A DNA stretch of 64,000 nt from positions 15,631,903-15,695,902 of the forward strand of contig CM082577.2 in assembly GCA_040954595.2 (NCBI GenBank). The letters are read 5' to 3'. The notes below the pieces were generated by a model. That model did no database searches. It was given only the letters and a program-made list of their open reading frames with translations, and was not told the origin of the DNA. The position numbers were made by a program, and so were the translations under genes. Shown here in pieces: positions 12,201 through 24,200 of the stretch. The first letter of the stretch is position 1, and each line of letters begins with the position of its first letter. This DNA is from Balanoglossus misakiensis. Taxonomy: Eukaryota > Animalia > Hemichordata.

Positions 12201-15200
12201 TGGATATGAATATTTTGTGACAAATAATACTACATACTATATAAAGCCACATACTAAATAACTGTCTATTCTTTTGCCAGGGTCTTAGTGTAATTGACAA
12301 GTTGGACACTTTAACCTCTGACCTTTCAAAAGAAAGTATCACATTTGACGGAAGAATTCTATTTGCAAAAGGTATTGTAATATGTTGTTGTTATAAGCAA
12401 GATGATTCTGTGACATTGGTTTCCATCATAACACCGTGCGCATATAATATTTTTATCGTGTGGTTGCTGGGACAAATAAGGGTCCGGTTATTAGCTCTGC
12501 TGTCACTTGTGTCAGCTGAGCTGTAGCAGTAGGTTGATAAGTGTCCGTCCGTCGTCCGTCCGTCCGTCGTCCGTCAACTTTTGGTATTTCAATCTTCTTC
12601 TTTAAAACTACTTGGCATATTTAGCTGAAATTTCGTTGGAATGTGTGTTATGGTGTCCCTATTTGATTTTGTTAATTTGGATTTGATCGGGTCTTGAATA
12701 TGCAAATTAGATCTAAAAATAGAATTTTGGTCAAAAATATTTTTCTCCATAACTACATGTACGATGGAGCTGAAATTTGGTAGGAATGTGTGTTATGGTG
12801 CCCCTACCTGATTTTGTTAATTTGGATATGATGGGGTCATAAATATGGAAATTATATCTAAAAATAGAATTGTTGGTAAAAAATCTCCTTTTCCCTAACT
12901 ACATGTACGATAGAGCTGAAATTTGGTAGGAATGTGTGTTATGGTGTCCCTACCTGATTTTGTTAATTTGGATTTTATCGGGTCATGAATATGCAAATTA
13001 GATCTCAAAATAGAATTTTTGGTCAAAAATCTTCTTCTCCATAACTACATGTACGATGGAGCTGAAATTTGGTAGGAATGTGTGTTATGGTGCCCCTACC
13101 TGATTTTGTTAATTTGGATATGATGGGGTCATAAATATGGAAATTATATCTAAAAATAGAATTGTTGGTAAAAAATCTCCTTCTCCCTAACTACATGTAC
13201 GATAGAGCTGAAATTTGTTAGGAATGTGTGTTATGGTGTCCCTACCTGATTTTGTTAATTTGGATTTTATCGGGTCATGAATATGCAAATTAGATCTCAA
13301 AATAGAATTTTTGTAAAAAAATGTTCTCCTCCCTAACTACATGTACGATGGAGCTGAAATTGGGAATGTGTGGTATGGCGCCCCTACCTGATTTTGTCAA
13401 TTGGAATTTTGATGGGGTCATGAATATGCAAATTAGAACCTTGGTGCTTCCTTTTGATGTTGTTCTTTAGGATTCAATTCTTTCTTTCTTTAGCGCAATG
13501 AATCAAGCTGAATTTGGATAAATACTTGTGATGTCTATGTTTGGTTTTGTTCAATAGAATACAATTGTTATGAATTAAAACCTAGGGTATTCATATCATC
13601 GCCCAGGTTATACTGTAAAAGTCAGCAGAGCTCTTTTGACCGATAGATCACTTGTTTTCCTCAACACGATCACAGAGAATTTCACTAACAAAATGTCGAC
13701 GATACCGTTCTCGGTCGACATTCTTCGACTGCACATCAACGGGTATCGAATGAAATACTTCTCGTACTTTGATGCCCAACAACCCAGTGTAGAGGACGTC
13801 TGGATAGGCGGACCTTCTTCTGCTGGAACCTCTTTGAATAGTCTTCAACTAACAGGAGAAACAACTCACACAAAACATGGAGCTGTAGTAACATGCGTCT
13901 TTTTATTGGGGTTAGCCTAATTCAAGATTCACGTTTCAAGTTTCACGTTTCACGTTCCACGGCCCAAGATTCAGCGGTGAACTTGGATTCACGATTCACT
14001 TCCAACACTAAACTTATATTCTGATTACCTTCCAGCTTCTCCACTCCAGTGGTCTGCAACTGCTCTGTTCCTTCATCTACTACCTCATTCCACATATATT
14101 TTCATCCACTTACCACATATCTGAGTGATCCACCTTCAAACTCGAAGGTCCAACTTCAGCCAATGGATCAACATGATCATCTGTCGTATAGTAGATACCT
14201 CCTGCTTACCTGGTAGTATTTTATCTTCCCCGACCACTGGCTGTATGACATCATCCGGTCTATTCAGGAATGTCTCATCCTTGTTAGGGAACTTCACTTT
14301 TGGTAGCCATCCGTGAATTTGACGGCCAGTGTTGGCCTTCAACTTTTCAAAGTGTACCACCTTGAATTTCGACTTTGGTGTTTGCTGAAAACGGTACACT
14401 AGGTCGGACAAATTCGACACAACCATATATGGGCCCTCATATGCTGCTTGTAGTTTTCGACTTACTCCTTTTCTTCATCTTTCTTCTCGCAAACACACAA
14501 AACCACCCGGCTGATAACCTTTCTTTACAGCATTCCGGCCATAGTACCGCTTCTGTCTCCTTGCTCTCCACTTCAATTCGTCTCAGGCACGGGAATGGGC
14601 CTCCTGCATCCTTTGGCGTACTTTATGGGCATAATTGGTTTTCATAGCCTCACTTTCCTCTTGTAATGTCGAACATTCGGTCCACCGACAAGGTGATCTC
14701 TTGACTAAGCATCTAGAAGTTTGGGGTGTCCCCAGTCGAAGCATGGAACGATGTGCGATATGCCATGCTTGCCATGGGCAATTGTTCATCCCAGTCCTTC
14801 TGATGTTCAATCGGATCCATAAACATCTTGATGGTAGTGAATAAAATTCTTGTTGAACGTTCTGTCATTCCGTCGCTTTGAGGATGCCTCGGAGTGGTAA
14901 AGGTTTTGTCAATCTCCATTAATTGACATACCTCTGCAAACACTGTTGACACGAAATTACGTCCTCGGTCACTGTGAACCTCATATGGCAACCCGAACCT
15001 ACAAAAAAATTCATCCACCAGAACTTTGGCAATAGTGGTTGCTTTCTCATTCTGAATAGCAAATGATTCAATCCACTTCGTAAAATAATCCCCAACGAAA
15101 AGGATTTGACGATTGACCCAACTACGTCCAACGCGATATGATACGTTCCATTGGGCCACCAACAACATAGGTCTTCATGGGCCAGGCAATTTATTTCGTG

Positions 15201-18200
15201 CACAAGCATTGCATGTTCTCAACCATGCTCTCACATGGTCATACCCAACCAATAATCACGCAGTCGTATGTTACTGATCGTTTTATCAACTCCAAGGTGG
15301 CCACCAGTTCTGGTCGCATGGAGACTTTTGATGACAGCATCATGATAGACTCTTGGCAGTATCAATTGCCAATGTTTGTAAGTACCATCAGCTGACTCCC
15401 AAAGACGATATAACAAACCTTGGTGGACCACTATCTGATTGTACATAGACCAATAACTTTTTTGTTGCAGGTGAGTGGTGTGAAATGGTGTCCCAGTCAG
15501 GGCGAACATCAGAACGTTCTTTGGCTTGCAGTATGACAGATACATCAAGATCGACCAGTTGAGATTTTCTGATTTCTTCTGCCATCCAATCTGGATCAAA
15601 TCTGTTTATGTTTCGATCCCCATCATGACCAATGTCAACACATTCTCTAATCAAACTGTATGGGGTTGAATTAGGGTCGGTCTGGACTGATCTGTCTTCA
15701 GTTTTTGTAACTGTTCAAGGCCATGATGGAGTAGGGGCAACAACTCGAGAGGTAAATACCTCAGCATTGGGGTTCAGAGATGGACCAGTCATGGTGTCCA
15801 CTGATATTTTGGCTACATCACACTGACCTACATTGTTGTTGGGAACCGTGTGGTGTTCAAGGCAGGCTTCGCCTACCAACTCCTGGGAATTAGAGCTATT
15901 GGGAATGGGCATTCTTTATCTTACATATTGTTCTTTCTACTCTGTAAAGTCTCAGCTTCACAATAAGCCGAAGTCTAATGTCAAGTGTGAATCTCCTGGT
16001 ATCAGGTGTGAACAAAAGTCAAGGTTAACCAACATGTATATATAGCCTGCGCAAAGTTACTGTATCAGACTTGAATTCGGTATCAACACCACGCGCATCT
16101 CATCTCACTTCCCGGCCATTCGTCCCTCTCCACTCCCGAACCTTTCCCAAAGTGTATGCCGTACAATTGTCAAATCAGTGCCTCAGACCACATTGTTTAC
16201 AGTCATTGGCCGGACACCTAGAAAGGGCATCTGCATTTAAATGTTTGGTGCCAATTTGGTGCACCACATTATAATCAAACTGGCCTAAGGTTTCCAGCCA
16301 TCGGGCAATTTGTCCTTCAGAGATCTTGAAATTTAGTAGCCAAGTTAAGGCTGCATGGTCTGTTCTCAAAGTAAAACGACGCCCAATAAGCTCTCACGGC
16401 CTTCGTCAGCACACGTCCGGCTTAACTGACTGGTTTCTCCTCCCCTTCCTGAACCTGAATGAGAACAGCACCAATGCCCTGACCACTGGCATCAGTGTCT
16501 ACTATAAATTCTCCATGTTCAGATGGGAATGTCAACACAGAACACTGATCAACTTCTTATTCAATTTAAAAAGTGCTTCTTTACAGGTCACTGACCAGAT
16601 GAACATAGCATTCTTTTTTGTGAGATCATGAAGAGTTTTTGCAATGTCTGCGTATCCCTCAATAAAACGTCTATAGTAGGAGGTTAGTCCAACAAAGCTG
16701 CGTACTTTTGTGACACTTTCTGGTACAGGCCAATGCTTAATTATTTTAATCTTTTCTGGGTCAGTCTGTAGCAACCCCCTTCTTAGACACCCTATGTCCA
16801 AGAAAATCAACATCCAGTACAAACAGAACACATTTACTGGGTTTCAGTTTGAGATCGGCTTCTCTCAGACTATCAAAACCTTGAGAAAGCCGCTGCAACT
16901 TCTCGTCAAAAGACCGCCCGGAAACAATTATATCTGATATACGCGGACGATACGCAAATTTTTGCCATCTGCAACAGCCCTAACGATGTTCGCAATAACA
17001 TTGAGCTCTGCGTCGATGATATCCGCAGCTGGATGAAATCTAACATGCTTGTACTGAATGATGATAAAACTGAAGTTATTCATTTTTCATCACGTTTAAA
17101 ATCTAATGTGACAAAATTAGACTGTCTAAGAATCGGACAATGTGACATAATTCCTTCAGTTTCAGTTAAAAATCTCGGCGTTATTTTAAGTCAGGATGGT
17201 AACATGTCTGATCATATTAGTAAGCTGTGCAAAAATGGTTTCTTCTCTTTGCATAGAATAGCTAAAATTCGTAATCTTCTTGACAGATCTACAACTGAGA
17301 AACTAGTTCATGCATTTGTAACGTCTCATTTAGATTACTGTAATAGTCTTTTGTTTGGTATCCCGAAGGGACATCTAGCTCGACTTCAGTCTCTACAGAA
17401 TGCTGCGGCGAGGCTAGTTACTCGTACGCGCAAGTCCGATCATATCACACCCATACTCAAAGATTTACACTGGCTACCGGTGGAGGCCCGCATCAGTTTT
17501 AAAATTCTCTTGCTCACATTCAAATGTATCAGTGGTAAGGCACCTGCCTATTTGACTGATCTTTTACATTTATATGTACCAGCTCGAGAACTGCGCTCGA
17601 GTGTTCAATTCTTTTTAACTCATCCTCATGGTAAATTTAACAAAACCTACGGACAGAGAGCTTTTTCAGTTTGTGCGCCCATTTTATGGAACAATTTACC
17701 CCTTGATATCAAAACCGCCAGAAGTGTCAATATTTTTAAGCGTAATTTGAAAACATACCTTTTTACTCGGTTTTATGTGTAACGTGTTCGATTGTGTCCT
17801 TTTAACTATTAATAACAGCCTTGTATTTTTTAATCTACTCTTTTAGCTATGTACAATGCGCTGAGACGTATGTGTAGCGCATTTTAAACAATTCTTAATA
17901 ATAAATAATAATAATAATAATCCAAGTATAAAAGTAGAATCTCCCGTTGCATTCGAGAAAAGATTTTCTCCATCAATCTTCCGAATATACTTGGGCCATT
18001 ACAAAGACCAAATGGAAGCACATTCCAGTGGAACAGACCATTTCTCGTTACGAAAGCTGTTTTCTCCTTGGAATTCTCATCAACTTCTACTTGCCAATAG
18101 CCACTTTGTAAGTCAAGAGTAGAAAACAATACAGCACCATGAAGTGCATCCAGAGAATCGTTGATTCTGGGAATGGGGTAAGCATCTTTCACTGAGACTG

Positions 18201-21200
18201 AATTTAATTTACGGTAGTCGACACAAAGTGGGTGTGATCCGTCCTTTTTGCCCACTTATACACATGGAGCGGCCCAAGGACTGATTGACTCTTGTATTAA
18301 TTCACGGTCTAAAAGATCTATAACATGTCTATCGATCTCCTTCTGCTTCTAAATAGGGGCACGGTAGGGAGCCTGTCTAATTGGTGGGGTATTACCTGTA
18401 TTTATTTCATGTTTAATTATCTTAGTGCGATCAATGTCATAATCTCCGCTGCTAAATGCGTCCACATAGTCTTTCAACAGTTTAGAAACTTCCGTTCGCT
18501 GTCCACTTTTCAAATGTCTACAAGTTTTTTATATAACCCCTTGAGGCTTTAAAAATGCAGTCCCCCGTATGTTCAACACCCTAACAGGGAGGCAAGTTTC
18601 CATTGGGTCTTCCAACGCTTTACAGGCAACTAACCCTCTCCCGATCAAAGTCTCCCCTTGCACTGGCTCAACAATGGCAACGTCAGTCAAGTCAGTTTGG
18701 GCTGTGTCAAAAATCGGGATCTCAATCTGATAGGAATGAATAACGGATACATGTGGTTTAGTATACCCTATAGGCTGCTGACTTATATCCAGCTTTACCT
18801 TTTCATGGTTTACGTGACATACGAGTAGGGATGAGCACTTCACAACCCGGTGGGATCTCAGTTCCCTTTACCATTAACCTACAAGTGAATGGCTTAACAA
18901 TCTCCTTATGACAGACAATCCTCTCTTCCCCAATAATTAATTCGCCCCTTTGAGTGTCAACTAAGCAACCCAAGGCAGAGATGAAACTCATACCCAACAG
19001 GCCATCATTTTGTAGCGTAGCCAAGAAAACTGGTGATGTGGCTATCTGATTCCCTATATTTACAATCATACTAGAGAAACCATGTACATTTAATGGTATA
19101 TCATCAGCTTTTCGGACTTCAGCACTCAAAGTGCGTAGCTGTGGTTTGTGGTTGGTCACCATACGGTCATAAAATGTGTTGAGATAATTGAATCAGTGGC
19201 TCCTGTATCAAAGCTTCCCCTTTCCCCTCCTATGACGGCATTGACATTCAAGGCCTGTTTGTGACCTGAGGTCAAACTGAATTTTTAATCTGGGTTTTTG
19301 AAGAACGCACCCCAGGTTTTGACATATTGGTGTCATTTGACCTTGTATCCATTGTCCTTCCTAAGACTGGTTGTTGGGCCACCCAACCAGTCTTTTTCCG
19401 TTTCCGGAATCAATACCTGGCACTGGACACACCCTGCGAAGTTGCCCCATTTGTCCACATCGCCAGCAAGTAAAACTACTGGGAGTTCTATCTGGTCACT
19501 CACTAGTACTGTTGGAATCATTGACGCTTTACGCTTGTTGAAACCTTTCTTCACAAACGGCTGCTCTACCAACATCATCAAAACTTACACCATCACGTTA
19601 CCCTTTCTCATTAACTGCACGTCGCAAATAAGTGTCGGTCAGTGAATTGAAAAGGGTCTCACTGCACAGTCGGTCATACATAGGACAAACAGCTTGCGGG
19701 TACCCTAAACTCACAAATTCTCTTATATCTTGGGCTAACCCCCTAAAAAATTCTCCAGCTTGACAGGTTCGTTTGCGTGCGGTCAAGCGGTACATGTCAT
19801 CCCGACCTTTAGTACCACATATATGCTCAAGCATATCACATTCTACCCTACACACTGTTTAATTTGTCTGGAGTCAAATTGTGACCGCCTGATATGTTCC
19901 CTAAGTTGCTGAACGCTGAATTTGTTTCTCGAGAGCAAGTCTTTGTCCTTGTTCTGTGAAATTTCTTCCTGCAGCTGTTCATTCGGGGTGGGCCCCTTGC
20001 CCCCTGTGGCCCCCGCGCCCACTGTACTGTTGTTCCCTTCAACAGATTTGCCCCTACTTCCCTCTGACTCACGTCCTACACTTTCTTCACCTTTAAACGT
20101 AACAAATCCACTATCCACAGACTCATCTGCCATCGTGGTCTTTGGCATGGGTATAATGCCACCGACAAACGAAATTCCCAACTCAAGTAAGACACCAACA
20201 TTTCAGTGTATTGTGTCACTCGGTCCTATTGCCCAGTATACGGGTTTTGTTTTTATTTTGAATGATTTTACAGTGGACACGTCGACTGTCACCAAACCTC
20301 CTTACACACAAATAATTATGCGAGTAAGTCAGTTCTGTAAGGAGTACAGTGCCCAAGGATTGCCTTGGGCACTGTACTCCTATACTGTCCACACAATTTA
20401 TGCGGCATAAATTGTGTAAACTAGTCATTTGTATGGCGTGGGTTCGAATCCCACAGCTGCCACCAAATGTATTCGTGTATTTTCCAGGACTAATAAGGGT
20501 CCGGTTATTTTCCTCAACACGATCACAGAGAATTTCACTATCAAAATGGCGACGATACCGTTTTCGGTCGACAGTCTTCGACTGCACATCAACGGGTATC
20601 GAATGAAATACTTCTCGTACTTTGATGCCCAACAACCCAGTGTAGAGGACGTCTGGATAGGCGGACCTTCTTCTGCTGGAACCTCTTTGAATAGTCTTCA
20701 ACTAACAGGAGAAACAACTCACACATCATGGAGCTGTAGTAAGGCCAAAAAAAAAGTTTTGTTTAGCGTCCAAGCAACATCTCAAAATTGATGCGGTGAC
20801 GTTAACTTACTAACTGCCTTCATTCCATATTAAAAACAGCATAAGTAAATTACAACATTTATATGTGAACTTGACAACATATTAACAGTTACAGTTTTTT
20901 CTACTTTAAATTAGTAGATTTTGCAGAGGAAGACACCAGCTTGCATAACTTTCAGGGCATGTAATTTAAAAAAATGCTGGAGAGCTAAAAATAACTCTCC
21001 TGAAATTAATTACACAAGTGGTAGGAGAGTGACTGATTAACTGCTCCCCTGGCAAGTAGAGTGAAATGAATAAAATAAATGCAACTGCAAAAACAATAGT
21101 GTCTTTCTTTAATACTATACCTGAGAAAACAATTTCTTGTTTGATTTTAAAAGTTTCAGTTTAGCTGCCAAAATATTAGATTGTGAAACCATTAATAGTT

Positions 21201-24200
21201 AAATAAATTGAAGTGGTATATATTTCTTCAGATTTCTGCCTACACTTCCGCATCTGTGGCTAGGCACACTACTCAAATAAACAGTCTCTGTACATATTGA
21301 ATGACTTTCCTTCCTAAGTAAGAAAACAAGGTCATGGAAAACTGATACATTCTTGATAATCGCCATGGCAGGAACGCAGTTTCTTTAATTTGCATAAAAT
21401 TGTTACGTTCTGCCAACCCAATTACAAAAGTCGCCATAACAACAAGTTCACTTGAGTGCAGAGTGTGTGCTCTAAATTTAGACGGTATCCAGATAGGCTG
21501 TTCCACCAATTGCTCACTATAGCCCTTGAGCTAAATTACACGTAAATTAATGTGAAAGTCATCTACAACATAGTTTTGGGGGTGGGAAGTTAAAATGTAT
21601 AGGCCAGCACGCAGTAATATTGGCCGTTTTCGCAGTGTTTTGATTGACGGTGCCTGCTATGGAGGCTTGGACGCGCATGTACTGGCCGGGTGGGCTGCTC
21701 ACGAAGGGGCGATTGTCGCCCCCTGAACTTGTTACAAGGGGCGCTTCAAGTGTAAAAGAGGGGGAATCGCGCAATCGCGCGACCTGGAGAAAACACTGAG
21801 TTGATTTCCGGGTTCGAAATTTACGAAAAAAAAGCCTCGACGCGCATGTTTAAAAGTGACGCGCGCGAGGACGCTAAACAAAACTCTTTTTTTTTGTCCG
21901 AACATACGTCTTTTTGTTGTGGCCGGTCACCCTGAAGACCCCAAACCAATGTACAGAACTTCCTGCCTAAAGTTGCAACATTACCATAGGTTCTACGTAA
22001 CGTTACTCAGCAACGAACAGAATTTAGGTACAATGAAACTACATAGAACTAGAAGTGAATTTGTAATAGTGTAAGGAATTGTGCTATAGCCTGTTTTACT
22101 GTCTACAGATGACGTTCAATGTCTCTGTCACAATATTATCCAATGGTGTAGATACGATATTTGCAATTTTAAGCTGCGTCAACTACATTTCGTTGTTTCC
22201 TCAAATCATGCAAATTATTGTTGACCGTCAAATATGTTACATGTAGCTCAGAAACAAATCGAGCATTGGGCATGTCCAACTGTTAAATGAGTCACTAAAT
22301 TAGAAGAAGAAGGATAGGACTCTATTATCCCCCCATCATTAGCTCTGCTGTCACTTATGTCGGCCGAGCTGTAGCAGTAGGTTGATAAGTGTCCGTCCAT
22401 CGTCCGTCCGTCCATCAATTTTTGGTATTTCAATCTTCTTCTTTAAAACAACTTGGCATATTTAGCTGAAATTTGGTTGGAATGTGTGTTATGGTGCCCT
22501 TACTTGATTTTGTTAATTTGGATATGATGGGGTCATAAATATGCAAATTAGATCTAAAAATAGAATTTTTGGTAAAAGTTCTTCTACCTAACTACATGTA
22601 CGATGGAGCTGAAATTTGGTAGGAATGTGTGTTATGGTGTCCCTACCTGATTTTGTTAATTTGGATTTGATCGGGTCATGAATATGCAAATTAGATCTAA
22701 AAATAGAATTGTTGGTCAAGAATCTTCTTCTGCATAACTGCATGTATGATGGAGCTGAAATTTGGTAGGAGTGTGTGTTATGGTGCCCCTACCTGATTTT
22801 GTTAATTGAAATTTTGATTGGGTCATGAATATGCAAATTAGAACCTTTGTGCTTCCTTTTGATGCTGTTCTTTAGGATTCATTTCTTTCTTTCTTTACAC
22901 AATGAATCGAGCTGAATTTGGATAAATACTTGTGATGTCTATGTTTGGTTTTGTTCAATAGAATACAATTGTTATGAATTAAAACCTAGGGTAGTCTATC
23001 ATTGCCCAGTTTACACTGTTAAAGTCAGCAGAGCTCTTTTGACCGACAGGTCACTTGTTTTTCCAAATGGCTATAAGACATGAAATTTACCCAATATGCA
23101 CCAGACATTGGTGTAAAGCCGAGACACACAGACAGTCTCACAGAGTGCCAATGATTACTTTTTCCAGAAACACTGAATGTCGTGCAAAAAGTGATTGACA
23201 GAATGCAGTTCCTATTTGACGCCAATCTGAGCGAGAAGCTGATTCCCGGACAGGCAAATCACCTGACAAAGATAACTACGAAAGTATTCCACCAGTTATC
23301 AATGTTTATACTGAAAGTGACTGATTTGGGACACGGACCAATCATCGTGAAAACTTCTTCTCTTGTGCTGCATCTGGAAAAGAAGTTTGTGCAGGACTTG
23401 TGCGACGTCTCCATAATGATTGGAGATGGAAGTGGATTCAATATTCCACCAGCTGGTAGTATGTTTCCACAATTGTCGCGGGACAAAGTCTTGAACAGGA
23501 TGGTTTGTATACAAGTCGATAACAGAAGACAATCTCACTTTCGTTTTCTATCATACATTGCTCTATTCTTTTATATTTATATTTGTCTAACTATTGGTCA
23601 TTAGGTCTATTCCACCAGTCAAGTCATTATGGTAATGAACTATACGCGGAACTATACGCGTTCTGGTGCTCGAGGCATAATTATATTAGATTTGTTTTTC
23701 GTTTTGCAGATTTTCCGATTCGGTGGGAACCCCCACAGATTGGCAAATAGGACAAACGGCTTCACAACCGATATACTGTCCCTGGAATTCAGAGATGAAG
23801 ATGGAAATGAGATTAAAGGTGTGTTTTCATTAAAGTCATTAGTGGTATCCTAACATTCGCATGGAACTCGCAAAAATACGTTAAAATCTTTGGAAACAAC
23901 GTGCATTTCTGGAACTCCTTGTCTTAAGCTGTTATAGATTTGGCTAGGGCATCACCAGTGTCATAATGAAAAACTTCGGATGCAATCAATTACAGAGAAA
24001 CATATCAATTTCCCAGTTAATGTCGCACCATTAAAACTTAAATTGAAATGACGCATTCCTTCTTTTAAATATCTTTACACAGAAACCCAGCGATCTATTA
24101 GTATAATAATACTCACTCATATTTTCATCGTGGAGGGCGAAACTCAAGTAAAGAGTGAGTGATGTGAGTTTAGTTTTGACATCAGTTTGAATTATCAGCG

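Larger units (their letters stand above)
12451..21915 (-). mobile_element. Decayed Gypsy/Ty3 LTR retrotransposon in a host intron, with nested insertions
   Basis: Two LTR copies, a tRNA-Leu PBS and gag-PR-RT-RH-IN order on the minus strand; many stops and frameshifts. Confidence 0.9.

Noticed and set aside
20421-20465. Standalone tRNA-Leu gene
   Set aside because: Only the 3' half is present, it has an encoded CCA and it abuts an LTR, so it is a PBS
20216-20791. ORFs duplicated at 13636-13920
   Set aside because: They are translations of the two LTR copies, not genes
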